A DNA stretch of 64,000 nt from Tubiluchus corallicola (GCA_030141605.1 JAQGDQ010000199.1:1-64000), one strand, 5' to 3'. Positions 49,170 to 61,904 are shown, counted from the stretch's first letter. The notes: generated by a model from the sequence alone, not told the origin. Made by a program: numbers and translations.

Positions 49170-49735
49170 TCAGTAAGATCTTGTTAGTAAAGTAAAAGCA
49201 GGATTTTTTATTAATTCACCCACGTATCTGTCTATAATTTGTATTTTATTGAAACTAAACTCATATCTCGGTTTGTTGGATAAAAGCGGGGAGACGTCGG
49301 TCTGAATTTGTCGATTGTCCGTATTTACCGATACTAAGCTAATACAGTAGGTGCCGTGTATTAGACTCACGGTAATGTAGAATCAATCACCTAATTGTCT
49401 TAAAAACGTTAATTACATGTTACAAGTACGGACCGCTTCTATGCAGAAGTATATAAAGACTGTCGGCAATTGACTCAAATAACTCCGTGTAATTGACTCT
49501 AAATCGCTTACACACGCTGATTAAACCACTAAACACACTGGCATACAAGCTACACACGTATGGCTACATGCTGCTCGGATGTAAACAAAGTGACAGCCTG
49601 CCAACTAGCGGTCAGCGCGCGAAACAGCGGACTGTGCCTATAGTATGCGGAACTTTTTAACGGTCCCGATTATGTCTGGTTTTCCGATATCTGTAAAAGC
49701 GAGGTCTGGCAAACCAAGACTTGAGTATATACGCC
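49170..49735. mobile_element. MITE family with CACTCATATCTC ends, copy 1
   Basis: actcatatctcggtttg..aaaagcggggagacgtcggtc is shared with about 50820-51277 (inverted) and 57901-58244. Confidence 0.65.
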
Positions 49736-50104
49736 TACAAAAGCTTACTAAGTTTAATCAGATCCGAGGAATCAGTTACAAAGCTGTTGTCACATGTAAT
49801 TACTACTACGATCTATTCCAAGCACCCAGCTCTAGAAATGTACGGAGAAACTTTGGAATTTTGCACAAATATTGCAAGGTCAACAATGCCTAAAACTGCA
49901 CTAGAAAACAATAATAATAAAACTGTGACTTGTTTACACACGTCATAGATATTCGCAGTTTTATAACCGCACTTCAATATATTAAGCAGTTACCGCTTCC
50001 ATGACGGTTACAATTACACATCAAGTTACTAGCAGTATCTTATTATAGAAAGATCATTGCTACACATCAATTCCTAGCAGTAACTGGTTTTACATGTTAA
50101 TTTC

Positions 50105-50233
50105 CTAGCAGTAACTGCTGCCGCGATGATTGCCTCTGTGTTCTGCAGCAGCCATGGTGTCAAAGACGTGAGCAAGCTTAGCAGCCAGTTTATGTTTCTT
50201 AGCAAACTCATCTTCTTGTAGAGTGAACAAAAT
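50105..50233 (-). CDS. Plexin last coding exon
   Basis: Acceptor tttttag, then ILFTLQEDEFAKKHKLAAKLAHVFDTM...GSSYC and TAG, in phase with the preceding exon. Confidence 0.85.
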   Translation of the reverse strand: MLFTLQEDEFAKKHKLAAKLAHVFDTMAAAEHRGNHRGSSYC

Positions 50234-50512
50234 CTAAAAACAAAACACAAAACTAAATTATAAAATTTCAACTTGCACAAATAGGTAGCAAGAGGAGCAA
50301 CCTCTCCTCCAAGCACATTTTTTAAAATTGGCACCTTTTAACAATTTTTTTAACTCTTTAGTTCACTTGTGCAATAAAAGTCAAATCTCCTTTTTTATTT
50401 TTTTAATCACATGGCCTTGGAAGAATCTTCTGGAATCATTACTTTATCTGACCAACCTGCCTCCCGTGTTTTTGAAATGAACACAACTCATTTGTCAAGG
50501 CTGGCTGATTGA

Positions 50513-50760
50513 GACCGGGTAGCACAGTTCAATGGTAGCGTACTCGCTTACCACCCAGGAGGTCACGGGTTCAAGTCTCGAACGAGTCATACCAAAGACT
50601 TGAAAAATGGTACCGCTGGTTCTTCAATCAAGCATGCGGGTTTAACAAAGCAACATGCAGGACATAATAATCGTGACCACCTTGGAAATAAGTATTGAGT
50701 TACTTAAGGTGTTATCCTTCGACTATGTCCTAAACGAAATTATTATAATTATTATTATTG
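50513..50760 (+). mobile_element. Full-length tRNA-derived SINE
   Basis: A box (cagttcaatgg), B box (gggttcaagtc), core gtcataccaaagacttgaaaaatggtacc and an (ATT)n tail. Another copy starts at 3512. Confidence 0.85.
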
Positions 50761-50819
50761 AGCCAGGGATCAACCTGATCCAAATCTAATTACACTCACA
50801 TCTCTCTGTTTGCCGGATC

Positions 50820-51277
50820 TCACTTTTATGTATATCAGAAACATCCAACAAAATCTGGACCAATAAATGTCCTGCATACTACGGACACAATCCATGGTTT
50901 CGCAAGCTGACTGTTAGTTGGTTTTGTTTACAACATTACATCACTGTAACCAAGCAGCGTGTAACAACACATGTGTGGCTTTTATATCAGGTGCTAGATG
51001 TTTTTGAGACGATTAGACGATTAATTCTACATTACCATGAGTCTAATACACGGCGCCTAGTGTATTAGCCAAGTATTGGGAAATCTGGACAATCGGCAAA
51101 TTCGGACCGACGTCTCCCCGCTTTTATCCGACAAACCGAGAAATGAGTGTAGTTTCAATAAAATACAAATTATAGACAAATACGTGGGTGAATTAATAAA
51201 AAATCCTGCTTTTACATTACTAACAAGTTTTACTGAAAGTCTCCCCGCTTTTGTCCGGCAAACTGAGATATGAGTGT
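50820..51277. mobile_element. MITE family with CACTCATATCTC ends, copy 2 (inverted relative to copy 1)
   Basis: 51020-51240 is the reverse complement of about 49170-49390 and the element ends in gagatatgagtgta. The left boundary is approximate. Confidence 0.65.
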
Positions 51278-51709
51278 ATTATACTACATTCTTGTCAGAT
51301 TATCTAGCAGTAGGCCTACTGTCAATTACACACAGTACGACTGTCAAAAATTGTTTGTTATGTGTCCAGACTCTTTTGCTGCTCCACCTAACTTTAAAAC
51401 CTGCTTATGCTGCTGAAAAACTTTGGTAAGATTCTGTTCTTAGTTTAAACAGCAGTTTTTGTTTCGTTTTGAAAAATGTTTTTCAAAATAATTAAGAATA
51501 TGTACATAAGTACTGTTGTATTTGACACAAGTTCCCATCAAATCGAAACTCGCCAGTTTTCGACTCACTTTTTGACCAAACACAGGTCAACGTACATCGC
51601 TCACTTTCCCTCATTCAGACCTTTCATTTGATATACTACAAGATATTAAAATTGGAAATTGTCATTTTTCACCCTTGGAGTACGCAATCAACTTCAGTTT
51701 TTCACTCAC

Positions 51710-51860
51710 CTGTTCATTGTACTTTGCAGCGTATCCATACAGCATGAACAAAGCTACGTCACTGTTGAAGTCGTTCTTGTGCTCCTGGGACTCACGGCTC
51801 AACATGGCTGTCATGTCCTGATCACTCACCCCCGGCTGTTGCTTTAACTCATTGTAATAC
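51710..51860 (-). CDS. Plexin exon (cytoplasmic RasGAP region)
   Basis: Translates YYNELKQQPGVSDQDMTAMLSRES...ALFMLYGYAAKYNEQ. Acceptor ctcag, donor GTGAGT. Confidence 0.92.
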
Positions 51861-52447
51861 CTGAGCAGAAGAACAAAACCAATTAGAACCATGATCATGG
51901 TGCTCGACTTATAATCGTAAGATCCTTGGTTCGAATCCGGTTTTCAGATTTCTGAGTTCACATCTCTTAATTTTTAGTGAAAAAATTAATAACTGAGGGC
52001 TTTAAATTAGCATTATAAACAATTAAAGGGAAGAAAAAGAAATTTCAAAGTATGTCCCAAAAAAAGTTTTATACAAAGTTATATTACTCGGCATTGTACT
52101 TACCTGTTTCAAAAACATAGTATTATGCGATTCAAAAAAGAAATTCCTAATAATTTAAAGTGTATGCGGCAACTGGTACAACATCACAGTTTCACATATC
52201 CCTATATGCAGCACAAAATGTGACTGGTTCACCAAAAAATATTATTAATCTTACTAATAAAATAAAGTAACTTTCGCTTTTGCTTAGTTAGTGAAGTGTG
52301 TTACGAAAGTTGTAATTATTTTTCAAACTATATGCAATGGTATTTAAATTTAAACTTGTTTCAGTTTTTGGCTCAGTGATCAAATGATCAATGGCTGCAC
52401 CAAACTGTCAGTGCAGAAGTTTAAATTTACGAGTTTTATACGGCATT

Positions 52448-54903
52448 ACTGCTAATAGAAGTTCTGTGTGCAATAAGACAGCATGTGCTAATAGAAGTTC
52501 TGCGTGCAATAAGACAGCATGTGCTAATAGAAGTTCTGCGTGCAATAAGACAGCATGTGCTAATAGAAGTTTTGTGTGCAATAAGACAACATGTGCTAAT
52601 AGAAGTTCTGTGTGCAATAAGACAGCATGTGCTAATAGAAGTTCTGTGTGCAATAAGACAACATGTGCTAGCAATAAGACAGCATGTGCTAATAGAAGTT
52701 CTGCGTGCAATAAGACAGCATGTGCTAATAGAAGTTCTGTGTGCAATAAGACAACATGTGCTAATAAGACAGCATGTGCTAATAGAAGTTCTGTGTGCAA
52801 TAAACACATGTGCTAGCAATAAGACAGCATGTGCTAATAGAAGTTCTGTGTGCAATAAGACAACATGTGCTAATAGAAGTTCTGTGTGCAATAAGACAGC
52901 ATGTGCTAATAGAAGTTCTGTGTGCAATAAGACAACATGTGCTAGCAATAAGACAGCATGTGCTAATAGAAGTTCTGTGTGCAATAAGACAACATGTGCT
53001 AGCAATAAGACAGCATGTGCTAATAGAAGTTCTGTGTGCAATAAGACAGCATGTGCTAATAGAAGTTCTGTGTGCAATAAGACAACATGTGCCAATAGAA
53101 GTTCTGTGTGCAATAAGACAGCATGTGCTAATAGAAGTTCTGTGTGCAATAAGACAACATGTGCTAGCAATAAGACAGCATGTGCTAATAGAAGTTCTGC
53201 GTGCAATAAGACAGCATGTGCTAATAGAAGTTCTGTGCGCAATAAGACAGCATGTGCTAATAGAAGTTCTGTGTGCAATAAGACAGCATGTGCTAATAGA
53301 AGTTCTGTGTGCAATAACACAGCATGCAATAAGACAGCATGTGCTAATAGAAGTTCTGCGTGCAATAGACACAAATCTGGAATAAGAAGCATGTGCTAAT
53401 AGAAGTTCTGTGCGCAATAACACAGCATGTGCTAATAGAAGTTCTGTATGTAATAAGACAGCATGCGCTAATAGAAGTTCTGCGTGCAATAAGACAACAT
53501 GTGCTAATAGAAGTTCTGCGTGCAATAAGACAACATGTGCTAATAGAAGTTCTGCGTGCAATAAGACAGCACGTGCTAATAGAAGTTCTGTGCGCAATAA
53601 CACAGCATGTGCTAATAGAAGTTCTGTATGTAATAAGACAGCATGCGCTAATAGAAGTTCTGCGTGCAATAAGACAACATGTGCTAATAGAAGTTCTGCG
53701 TGCAATAAGACAACATGTGCTAATAGAAGTTCTGCGTGCAATAAGACAGCACGTGCTAATAGAAGTTCTGTGCGCAATAACACAGCATGTGCTAATAGAA
53801 GTTCTGTATGTAATAAGACAGCATGCGCTAATAGAAGTTCTGCGTGCAATAAGACAACATGTGCTAATAGAAGTTCTGCGTGCAATAAGACAACATGTGC
53901 TAGCAATAAGACAGCACGTGCTAATAGAAGTTCTGTGCGCAATAAGACAGCATGTGCTTATAGAAGTTCTGTGTGTAATAAGATAGCATGTGCTAATAGA
54001 AGTTCTGCGTGCAATAAGACAACATGTGCTAGCAATAAGACAGCATGTGCTAATAGAAGTTCTGCGTGCAATAAGACAGCATGTGCTAATAGAAGTTGTG
54101 CGTGCAATAAGATTGCATGTGCTAATAGAAGTTCTGTGTGCAATAACACAGTATGTGCTAATAGAAGTTCTGTGTGCAATAACACAGCATGTGCTAACAG
54201 AAGTTCTGTGTGCAATAAGACAGCATGTGCTAATAGCAGTTCTGTGTGCAATAACACAGCATGTGCTAATAGGAGTTCTGTGTGCAATAAGACAGCATGT
54301 GCTAATAGAAGTTCTGCATGCAATAAGACAGCATGTGCTAATATAAGTTCAGTGTGCAACAAGACAGCATGTGCTAATAGAAGTTCTGTGTGTAATAAGA
54401 CAGCATGTGCTAATATAAGTTCTGTGTGCAATAAGACAGCATGTGCTAATAGAAGCTCTGCGTGCAATAAGACAGCATGTGCTAATAGAAGCTCTGCGTG
54501 CAATAAGACAGCATGTGCTAAAGCATGTGCTAATAGAAGCTCTGCGTGCAATAAGACAGCATGTGCTAATAGAAGCTCTGCGTACAATAAGACAACATGT
54601 GCTAATAGAAGTTGTGCGTGCAATAAGATTGCATGTGCTAATAGAAGTTCTGTGTGCAATAAGACAGCATGTGCTAATATAAGTTCAGTGTGCAATAAGA
54701 CAGTATGTGCTAATAGAAGTTCTGTGTGTAATAAGACCGTATGTGCTAATAGAAGTTCTGCGTGCAATAAGACAGCATGTGCTGATAGAAGTTCTGTGTG
54801 TAATAAGACAGCATGTGCTAATAGAAGTTCTGTGTGTAATAAGACAGCATGTGCTAATAGAAGTTCTGCATGCAATAAGACAGCATGTGCTAATAGAAGT
54901 TCT
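52448..54903. repeat. 36-bp tandem array (about 65 units) in a plexin intron
   Basis: Unit gctaatagaagttctgtgtgcaataagacagcatgt with partial units. A 180-bp higher-order repeat occurs three times at about 53401-53900. Confidence 0.97.
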
Positions 54904-54943
54904 CTTTTCTCGTCCTGTAAAAAGGTTAGACATCGTAACTCAC

Positions 54944-55326
54944 CTAGTGACTAGTTGCTTGTATTTGGGAATGTCTTTAGCATACAACAATTTGCTAGTG
55001 GACGAATCTTTGCCCAACTTATGTTCAGTAATTGAACAGCTGTCCATAAAGGTTTGTGCTATCACAGACAGACAGGCGTCGACCGTCTGAGACTTGCCAA
55101 CGTCGAACACAAAGTCCGGGTTCTTGATGAGGTTGACCCAGAAGCGAAGCGGAAGACTGTTATTCTTCCACGTGTAAACAACGTCGGGATCGACAATCTC
55201 GTGCTGAAGCGCTTGATCGTCCAGGAAGTCAAACATGTACTTTATAGGAAGGACAGCAGCATTCTCGCCTTCGCCTGGATCAAATATGGCGTCGATGAGA
55301 TCGTCGACAAACTGCTGAAGCGCACC
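54944..55326 (-). CDS. Plexin exon (GAP domain, LPLRFWVN motif)
   Basis: Translates [10 protein letters not shown]...[10 protein letters not shown]...[24 protein letters not shown]...[10 protein letters not shown]...KLLYAKDIP, which is diagnostic of plexins. Confidence 0.96.
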
Positions 55327-55519
55327 CTGGTGGAAGAAAATGTTATTGTCAAGAACATAAACAACAAAACTCTATTTGGAGCTACACACTTATCTAGCAT
55401 TAGGTGGTATGCAACATTAGTAATAGCTTTAAAAAATTGGAACAAATTTTTTACCCAGTTCCCGATTTTTATCGAAATCTCTTCAAAACTCCAGTTGCGC
55501 TTTTTAAGAGTCGAATAGT

Positions 55520-55900
55520 GCAATATTTAGACAAAATGACCTCTGTTGCAACAATATTTAAACAATTTACTGACCACTCTAAGACATCATCTTGAGACAT
55601 TTAGACAAAATGGACAATGTGACAGCAATGCTTAAACAATTAAATGACCACTCTTAAGACATTATCTTACGGTCTTTAGACAAAATGACCACTGTTGCAA
55701 CAATATTTAAACAATTTGCTGACCACTCTAAGACATTATCTTATGATCTTTAGACAAAATGACCAGTGGGACAGCTATATTTAAACAATTTATTGACCTC
55801 TCTAAGACATTAACATCATCTTGCAATATTCAGACAAAATGACCAGTATAGCAGCAATATTTAAACAATTTATTGACCACTCTAAGTTATTAACATCATT
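55520..55900. repeat. About 75-bp diverged tandem repeat, 5 copies
   Basis: ttagacaaaatgacc...aatatttaaacaattt..tgaccactctaagacat recurs near 55526, 55601, 55676, 55750 and 55830. Confidence 0.85.
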
Positions 55901-56141
55901 TTTTACATATCTGTGATTCAACAAATGCAAAGCTTACCAGTAGGGCTGGCGGCAGGACTGGAGCTCAGCGCACCTTGAAGAACAAGCCTCTATGAAGAGC
56001 TACCAGAAGTATGCTATATTTGGGCACCCGCTGTTAGGACTATAAACTTACAAAATAACAAAACTGATAATAGTCAAGAAAGCATTAAAAAGCTACTAGC
56101 TTCATAAAAAAAATAAAAAAATATTTTTAATTTTTACTTAC

Positions 56142-56243
56142 CTTTGTGTACAGTAGCCGGTTCAAGTAGATCTCGGAAACCAGCTTGTTGAGTCTTTGCG
56201 TGGGCGTCTTCTCCGCTGGGGTGTCAGAATCTGCCGGCTTTAT
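56142..56243 (-). CDS. Plexin exon
   Basis: Translates IKPADSD...KLVSEIYLNRLLYTK, matching the plexin EIYLTRLL.TK motif. Donor GTAAGT. Confidence 0.93.
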
Positions 56244-56777
56244 CTGCAAAAATAGCCACTTAATTATTTAATCAAAATTAAGTAGTCGAGAATCAATTTA
56301 AAAAAAATTACTCAGCAAAAAATACAGAACAGATGTAATCATTTTTGCAATTACAGGAATTTAGATATGGAAGTTTTACATATATAGCAATTTAACAACA
56401 AAACAACTGCAAGGCTACTTGACAATAATTACTAAACAATTTCCATTTATTTCTGCAATAGTTCTGCTAATTAATTTTTCAATACACATTCTGGGGCACC
56501 AGTTCAATCAATGTCAGCGATTGTCAACATCAGTGTCATGAAATGCTTGGTGTACGGTAGTGTTATCTGTGTGTTATCGTAATTGGACAAAGTTTTTACT
56601 TTGCAATTTGGAGATAAAGTTTAATGTGGTTTTCTTATCGCAGCAGGTATTAAATAAAATGGAGACAAATTTGTTATTCAGTTTTTTGTTCCTTCAATTA
56701 ATGAAAAGGCAAGAATTCTACAGTCTTCCACTGTGAACATCTTTACGGAATCGTACTTAAAAATGATGTCTACTTAC

Positions 56778-56890
56778 CAAATGCCAATATTTGACCCCGC
56801 GCTCTACAGCCGACTGCATGTCCGAAAGACTTGGCTTGTTTGTAATGGGGCTCTGTGGGGGTGTGCACATCTGCAGGGCATGATTCTCTG
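56778..56890 (-). CDS. Plexin exon
   Basis: Ends ERGVKYWHL, matching the plexin G.K.WHL motif. Donor GTAAGT; the NAGNAG acceptor leaves the start uncertain by 3 nt. Confidence 0.85.
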
Positions 56891-56937
56891 CTAATTAAAA
56901 TAAAATCAGTTGCAATGTTTAAATGACTGGGCTGTAA

Positions 56938-57020
56938 TGTGTGTGTGTGTGTGCGCGTGTGTGTGGTGTGTGTGTGTGTGTCTGCGTGCGTGCGTGCGTG
57001 CTGCGCGCGTGCGAGTGTGT
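56938..57020. repeat. (GT)n/(GCGT)n microsatellite
   Basis: Directly visible alternating purine-pyrimidine tract. Confidence 0.93.
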
Positions 57021-57367
57021 TTCTAAAAATATTACTGGCTTAGCATAACTGGAATGGCATGACAATTTCTTTATGATAATGAAGTCTGGCAGACATACAT
57101 AGATTTACTTCCCTTGACTTCATCAACTTAATCTCTAAATGATGTTAAGAGCTAAATGAGTTTAATCTCTCAGCAATTTTCAGAATTCAATTTTGCAACT
57201 CCTTAATTAAAAATCAACATTTTAAAACCAACATTATTTCAATTAACTGATTTTGAAATCAACTTATTTATATAATAAAGTCGTTTCTATATAACAGATT
57301 ATAGCAGAATAATTAGTTTGTGAAGTTTTGATAAATTGTCAATCTGTAACATGTAATAGAGCATAGT

Positions 57368-57866
57368 TGTTGTTGTTGGCATCCTTCTGTCTCGGAAGAC
57401 AATGAAATGTGCGCCAAGAGAGTCTGATCCTTGAACGTCTCCAGGGCGCACGCCTAGGCAAGGTGCATGGAGATCCTGAGTTGTCCAGACTGCAGGAACC
57501 CCCTCTCTTCCTCCCTGGTGTAGTCCTAAGGAAAATGGAGCGATATGTTTGGCACCAGGTTGGCTGCAGGAGCTGCCGTAGTCAGTGAGCATGCTGGACT
57601 GGTCCGCCTTCGGGGTTCCACTCCTGATTTGGAAGGTTTACTCCTCTACACATGGCCGTTGGGTCACTTGACCTCCTCCGCCCTCTAGCCGTTGGCTGCT
57701 TGTACAACTCCTTTGCCTAGTGTCCAGATACAGTGTGGGCATCCCGCAAACCTACAGCACCTGGTATTCCTAGGTGGTCACCCATCCAAGCACTAACCAG
57801 GCTTTACGTTGCTTAACTTCGGTGATCAGACAAGAACTGGTGTTTTCAACGTGATTTGGATGTAGT
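57368..57866 (-). mobile_element. Full-length 5S rRNA-derived SINE
   Basis: The reverse complement of 57750-57866 is a diverged full 5S rRNA (gatcaccgaagttaagc...ttggatgggtgacc), followed by a body of about 380 bp and an (AAC)n tail. Degenerate 12-bp target duplication atagagcatagt / atagcgcacagt. Confidence 0.88.
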
Positions 57867-57900
57867 ATAGCGCACAGTAACTCAGCAATTATAGACTATA

Positions 57901-58244
57901 CACTCATATCTCGGTTTGCCAGACAAAAGCAGGGAAACGTTGGTCCAAATTTGCCGAATGTCCATATTTATCGATAATAAGCTAATAAAGTAGGCGTCGT
58001 GTATTAAGCTCACGGTAATGTAGAATCATGCTTAATAGTCTCAAAAACGTCTAGTACAGGCCCCACCTGACATACAAGCTACACACGTGTCGTTACACAC
58101 TGCTTGGTTGCACTGATGTAAAAAAAGTGACGGCCCACCAACTAGCAAAACCACAGAATGTGTTCGTAGTATGCGGGGCTTTAGATTTTGTCCGATTTTT
58201 CTGATATGTATATAAGTGAGGTACAGCGAATTGAGATATGAGTG
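57901..58244. mobile_element. MITE family with CACTCATATCTC ends, copy 3
   Basis: Terminal inverted repeats cactcatatctc and gagatatgagtg, preceded by TA. Confidence 0.75.
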
Positions 58245-58351
58245 TCATTTTAAAGAACTTAAAAGCATAAGCCCAATTACATGATATCACTAATGAAAGT
58301 TTAACAAATTTTAGGTAGCGTAAAGGAATTATGAAATAGCATAATGCTCAC

Positions 58352-58436
58352 CATATGTAAAAATACTGTGATCCTGAGAGTTGTTTAGAAGGGCTGATTG
58401 CTTTGGCACCAAGTAAAAGGAAGCACCGTCACTGAT
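58352..58436 (-). CDS. Plexin exon (end of the Rho-binding domain)
   Basis: Translates ISDGASFYLVPKQ..., matching plexin V.DGS.VALVPKQ. Acceptor acag, donor GTGAGC, phases consistent. Confidence 0.88.
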
Positions 58437-58699
58437 CTGTGAAAAAGATACAACGCAAAATAATTAAAAATACAATGACTTTGTAAAGGTTTGAAGTTGT
58501 CAAAAGTATACCAGACTCGTAGAAAGAACAAATAAAAGGGGTGACTCAGATGCTAGGACAACACGGCTAAGCACATGGAAGTCTGATTTTGCAAACTTTT
58601 GTGTACCAGTCTATCAAATTGTGAAACCAAGGCAAGCAAAGACAATTCATTGCTCGAACTGTTAGCTAAGCATCATGGGATTTCTCTGATATATTCTGA

Positions 58700-59013
58700 A
58701 GTACATACAAGTACATGCAAGTACACACAAGAACACAAGTACATACAAGAGCACACAAGTGCATACAAGTACATACAAGAGCATACAAGTACATACAAGT
58801 ACATGCAAGTACATACAAGTACATGCAAGTACATACAAGTACATACAAGTACATAAAGAGCATACAAGTACATGCAAGTACACACAAGTACATACAAGTA
58901 CATGCAAGTACACACAAGTACATACAAGTACACACAAGTACATACAAGTACATGCAAGTACACACAAGCACACAAAAGTACATACAAGCACACACAAGTA
59001 CATACAAGTACAT
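58700..59013. repeat. 10-bp minisatellite (ACAAGTACAT)n
   Basis: About 30 degenerate units are visible. Confidence 0.93.
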
Positions 59014-61800
59014 GAATTGTGAGTTGAATGAGTAGATAGAGCAGAGTCAGTAGATATGAGAATTCATTGATTTAGTTAAAATTCTGTAAACTCTGACGCA
59101 GTTTCAAATATCACATAACGCGTCGAGAACTATTGAGACGGGCTTCTATTAATTTTTTTAGAATGTAACAAAGAAAAGTGTGCAGGTGCATAGGAAAAAT
59201 GCATTATAATCACAGAATTCTTTTTCATGATTGTCATGGGACCTGACGTCATCCTACTGTCACGATGATTGTCATTTGTACTCTAGAGCACATTTACAAT
59301 CACAAGCAGATTGTTGATTTTTTTACAGTCAACGTCCATACTTTCTGCATGATTCCCAGCTAGGCAACACCAACACGCATACTATAGTTTATATTGTGTT
59401 TTTGTCTCGTCTCGCGATGGATAGCTGAAAAATTTAAAGTAAAAGCCCAGCCTCGCCAACATTTTCTAGCAAAAGTTTAAGGAACACCTGTTGAAACGAT
59501 AATCCATTTGCTTTTGTAATATAATTAAGTAATTACATAAATAATTTAGGGATTTTACTTATGCCAATTGCTGTATACATGCAATTCAGTGGTTGGCCGA
59601 CCATTCACTGATGACGTCAAGACAGGAAACTATAACACTTCGTTTACATGCAGGAAACTGTTGCTAGCCCTTTACCGCCTGCTTCCGGGTCAGGAACTCG
59701 GAGTAGTTTACACAAGTATAACGCACAAAAAATTGGCACAACGCAAAATTGAACTTCTGTGTTACCAAACAGTACAACACACGACAACTCATCAGACAAG
59801 TTAGTACAGTAACTAGTGTATCATTTGCTATGTAAATACAGGTACAGACATCCCATAATGCTTTTTGGACAATCCTGCTGTGACGTCGTTCACAATACAC
59901 AGCTGAAGTTTGCTATGAAGAAGTTCTGAGGGTAATTGCTAAGACACTAGAATACAGGTAGAATTCAAGTAGAATACAGGTGAGCTTTATTTATATAAAT
60001 CATTAATAACACTATACATTGCTCTCTCAGTTTAAGTCACATGCTTACTCAATGATCTCTGAAAGCTAACTGCCCGGGTAAGTTTTTTCCATGAAGCAAG
60101 GAAGCCAGCAATTCAATGAAGGTAAATGTTATGCATACTAGTTCAAGGATGAAAGTTTAGACTGTATATAAAGAAATAGACTTATTTTATAGCTAAAATT
60201 TCTTGTGTGGGATTTTTAATGTTTTAACGAGAGAATGTAATAATATAACTAATGATCATAATTAAGAACTAATAAAAAATAAGATAAAGAAATCGTGAGC
60301 TTCACGACATTTGCCGAGTGCAGATGCAGTACCGCAAATGTTGAACAGGTGAGATCTAATGTGTTTTATTAATTCATTCATTCCGAGAGTCCCACCAGGC
60401 GACGCTAGAACGTTTTTTCCGCAGGCTGTTTGGTCAAAATTTTGAAAAAATCGCGAGTTGGGTCCAGGAAAACGCCCGTTGCAGGACGCCGTGATCCTCT
60501 CGGGAATTCTAAATAGGCCTACTACACCCACCGCTGAACGGGCTATCTATCTATACATAGAACCACCCTCGGCCCATTCCCGTTCTCCACATCTCAGGGG
60601 TATAACTTTTGCAAAAAACGACCGAAAAAGGGCCATTTTTGGAGGTTTTTCGCCCCCCTTTCTCCCGGTGGGCCCGATTCGAAAAATAAACCCCCAATGA
60701 GACGACACTAGATCGAGACCTTTCTTTTGATATATAGATCGCCGCAAATCGTGCCCTCGTCCGGGCTGTAGCCTCGAATCTGATATATAAATATATATAT
60801 TAAGATACCAAGAATATTAATATAAGAGATGTAGCTGCACGCATAAAAACTAGGGCATTTGATTATTTTTTTCTGCTTAAGTTCTTGGTTTTCGTAATTA
60901 TAAAAAACTGACCAGGCATTTATTTAAACCATTTAAATTCTTCAGAAATCCATCCATGCAGTCACGGCTGGATGTGATTATGACTATGACTGTAGTGCGC
61001 CATTTCAGAATTCGAATTTTTTCTTGTTCCACTGTAGCACAAACTTTCTAATAACTTTTATGAAAGACTGTAATCCATGATGATAAAGACATGACACAAA
61101 GAATGTAACAGCAAATTTACTATGCGATACAAAAACTTATGAATGCCACGATGAAATGATAAAATATATAGCCATAGACATAGACATTATTTTCTCCAAA
61201 TGTGTCACAAATTTCCATTTTACGAAAAATAACTTTATCCGTAGAGATGGGACGAGGAAGGACCATAGGTCATCTAGTCACTCACCCCTTATAATTTAAT
61301 ATTGATCACAGAAAAAAGAATTGATGACACAGGATGCAATTATTGTTAATTACTTAAATAAACTAATCAAAATAAAGCAATAACAAAAGCAAAAATATAA
61401 AAACAAACATAACAACAATAGCATAAGTGAAAAAGAATAATAATAAATGAAAATGATGAATAAGTATCACAACAATTAGTTACGAATTAAATAAAACGAT
61501 AATAATGCACAGTTGTTTACAAAATTCTCGGCAAGAAAAAATAATGGGAATTTTATATAATGCGAATGATTACATAACAGAAAAAAAGAAATATAAAAGC
61601 AAAGCAGAGCAGGTAATTTATGTCACCGTCCAAACGTAATCGCTAATTGGGTATAGTGCATACACAAAAAATGTGTTCTAGCAGTTTTTCTTAAGTTTTA
61701 GTGCAATGATATCATATGAATAATCAAACCAACTAGTGCAATTTCAAGAAGAAATTTAAATAAAACCTCTCTGTTAAAAGTGACATTCTTTATTACTTAC

Positions 61801-61904
61801 CTTATAATCATTTAAGGTATTTAACCGTTTCCACTCTCCATCTGACTCCGTGATCGTGTCTACGTCCTGTAGAATCAACTTGCCCTGATAACCAGCTCTC
61901 CAGA
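61801..61904 (-). CDS. Plexin exon (Rho-binding domain); the gene continues beyond the window
   Basis: Translates WRAGYQGKLILQDVDTITESDGEWKRLNTLNDYK, matching plexin ILQDED...WKRLNTL.HY. Acceptor ttgcag, donor GTAAGT. Confidence 0.92.

Noticed and set aside
52391-54954. Antifreeze-like or other repeat protein genes from the long ORFs
   Set aside because: The ORFs arise from a 36-bp unit lacking stops in several frames. Cys spacing is 7/5 rather than the 6/6 of beetle antifreeze proteins, there is no signal peptide, and the array lies in a plexin intron.
57750-57866. Functional 5S rRNA gene
   Set aside because: It is diverged, runs directly into a SINE body found elsewhere in the window, and is flanked by a target site duplication.
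58599-59035. Cys/Val/Tyr-rich and His/Thr-rich ORFs
   Set aside because: They are translations of a 10-bp minisatellite.
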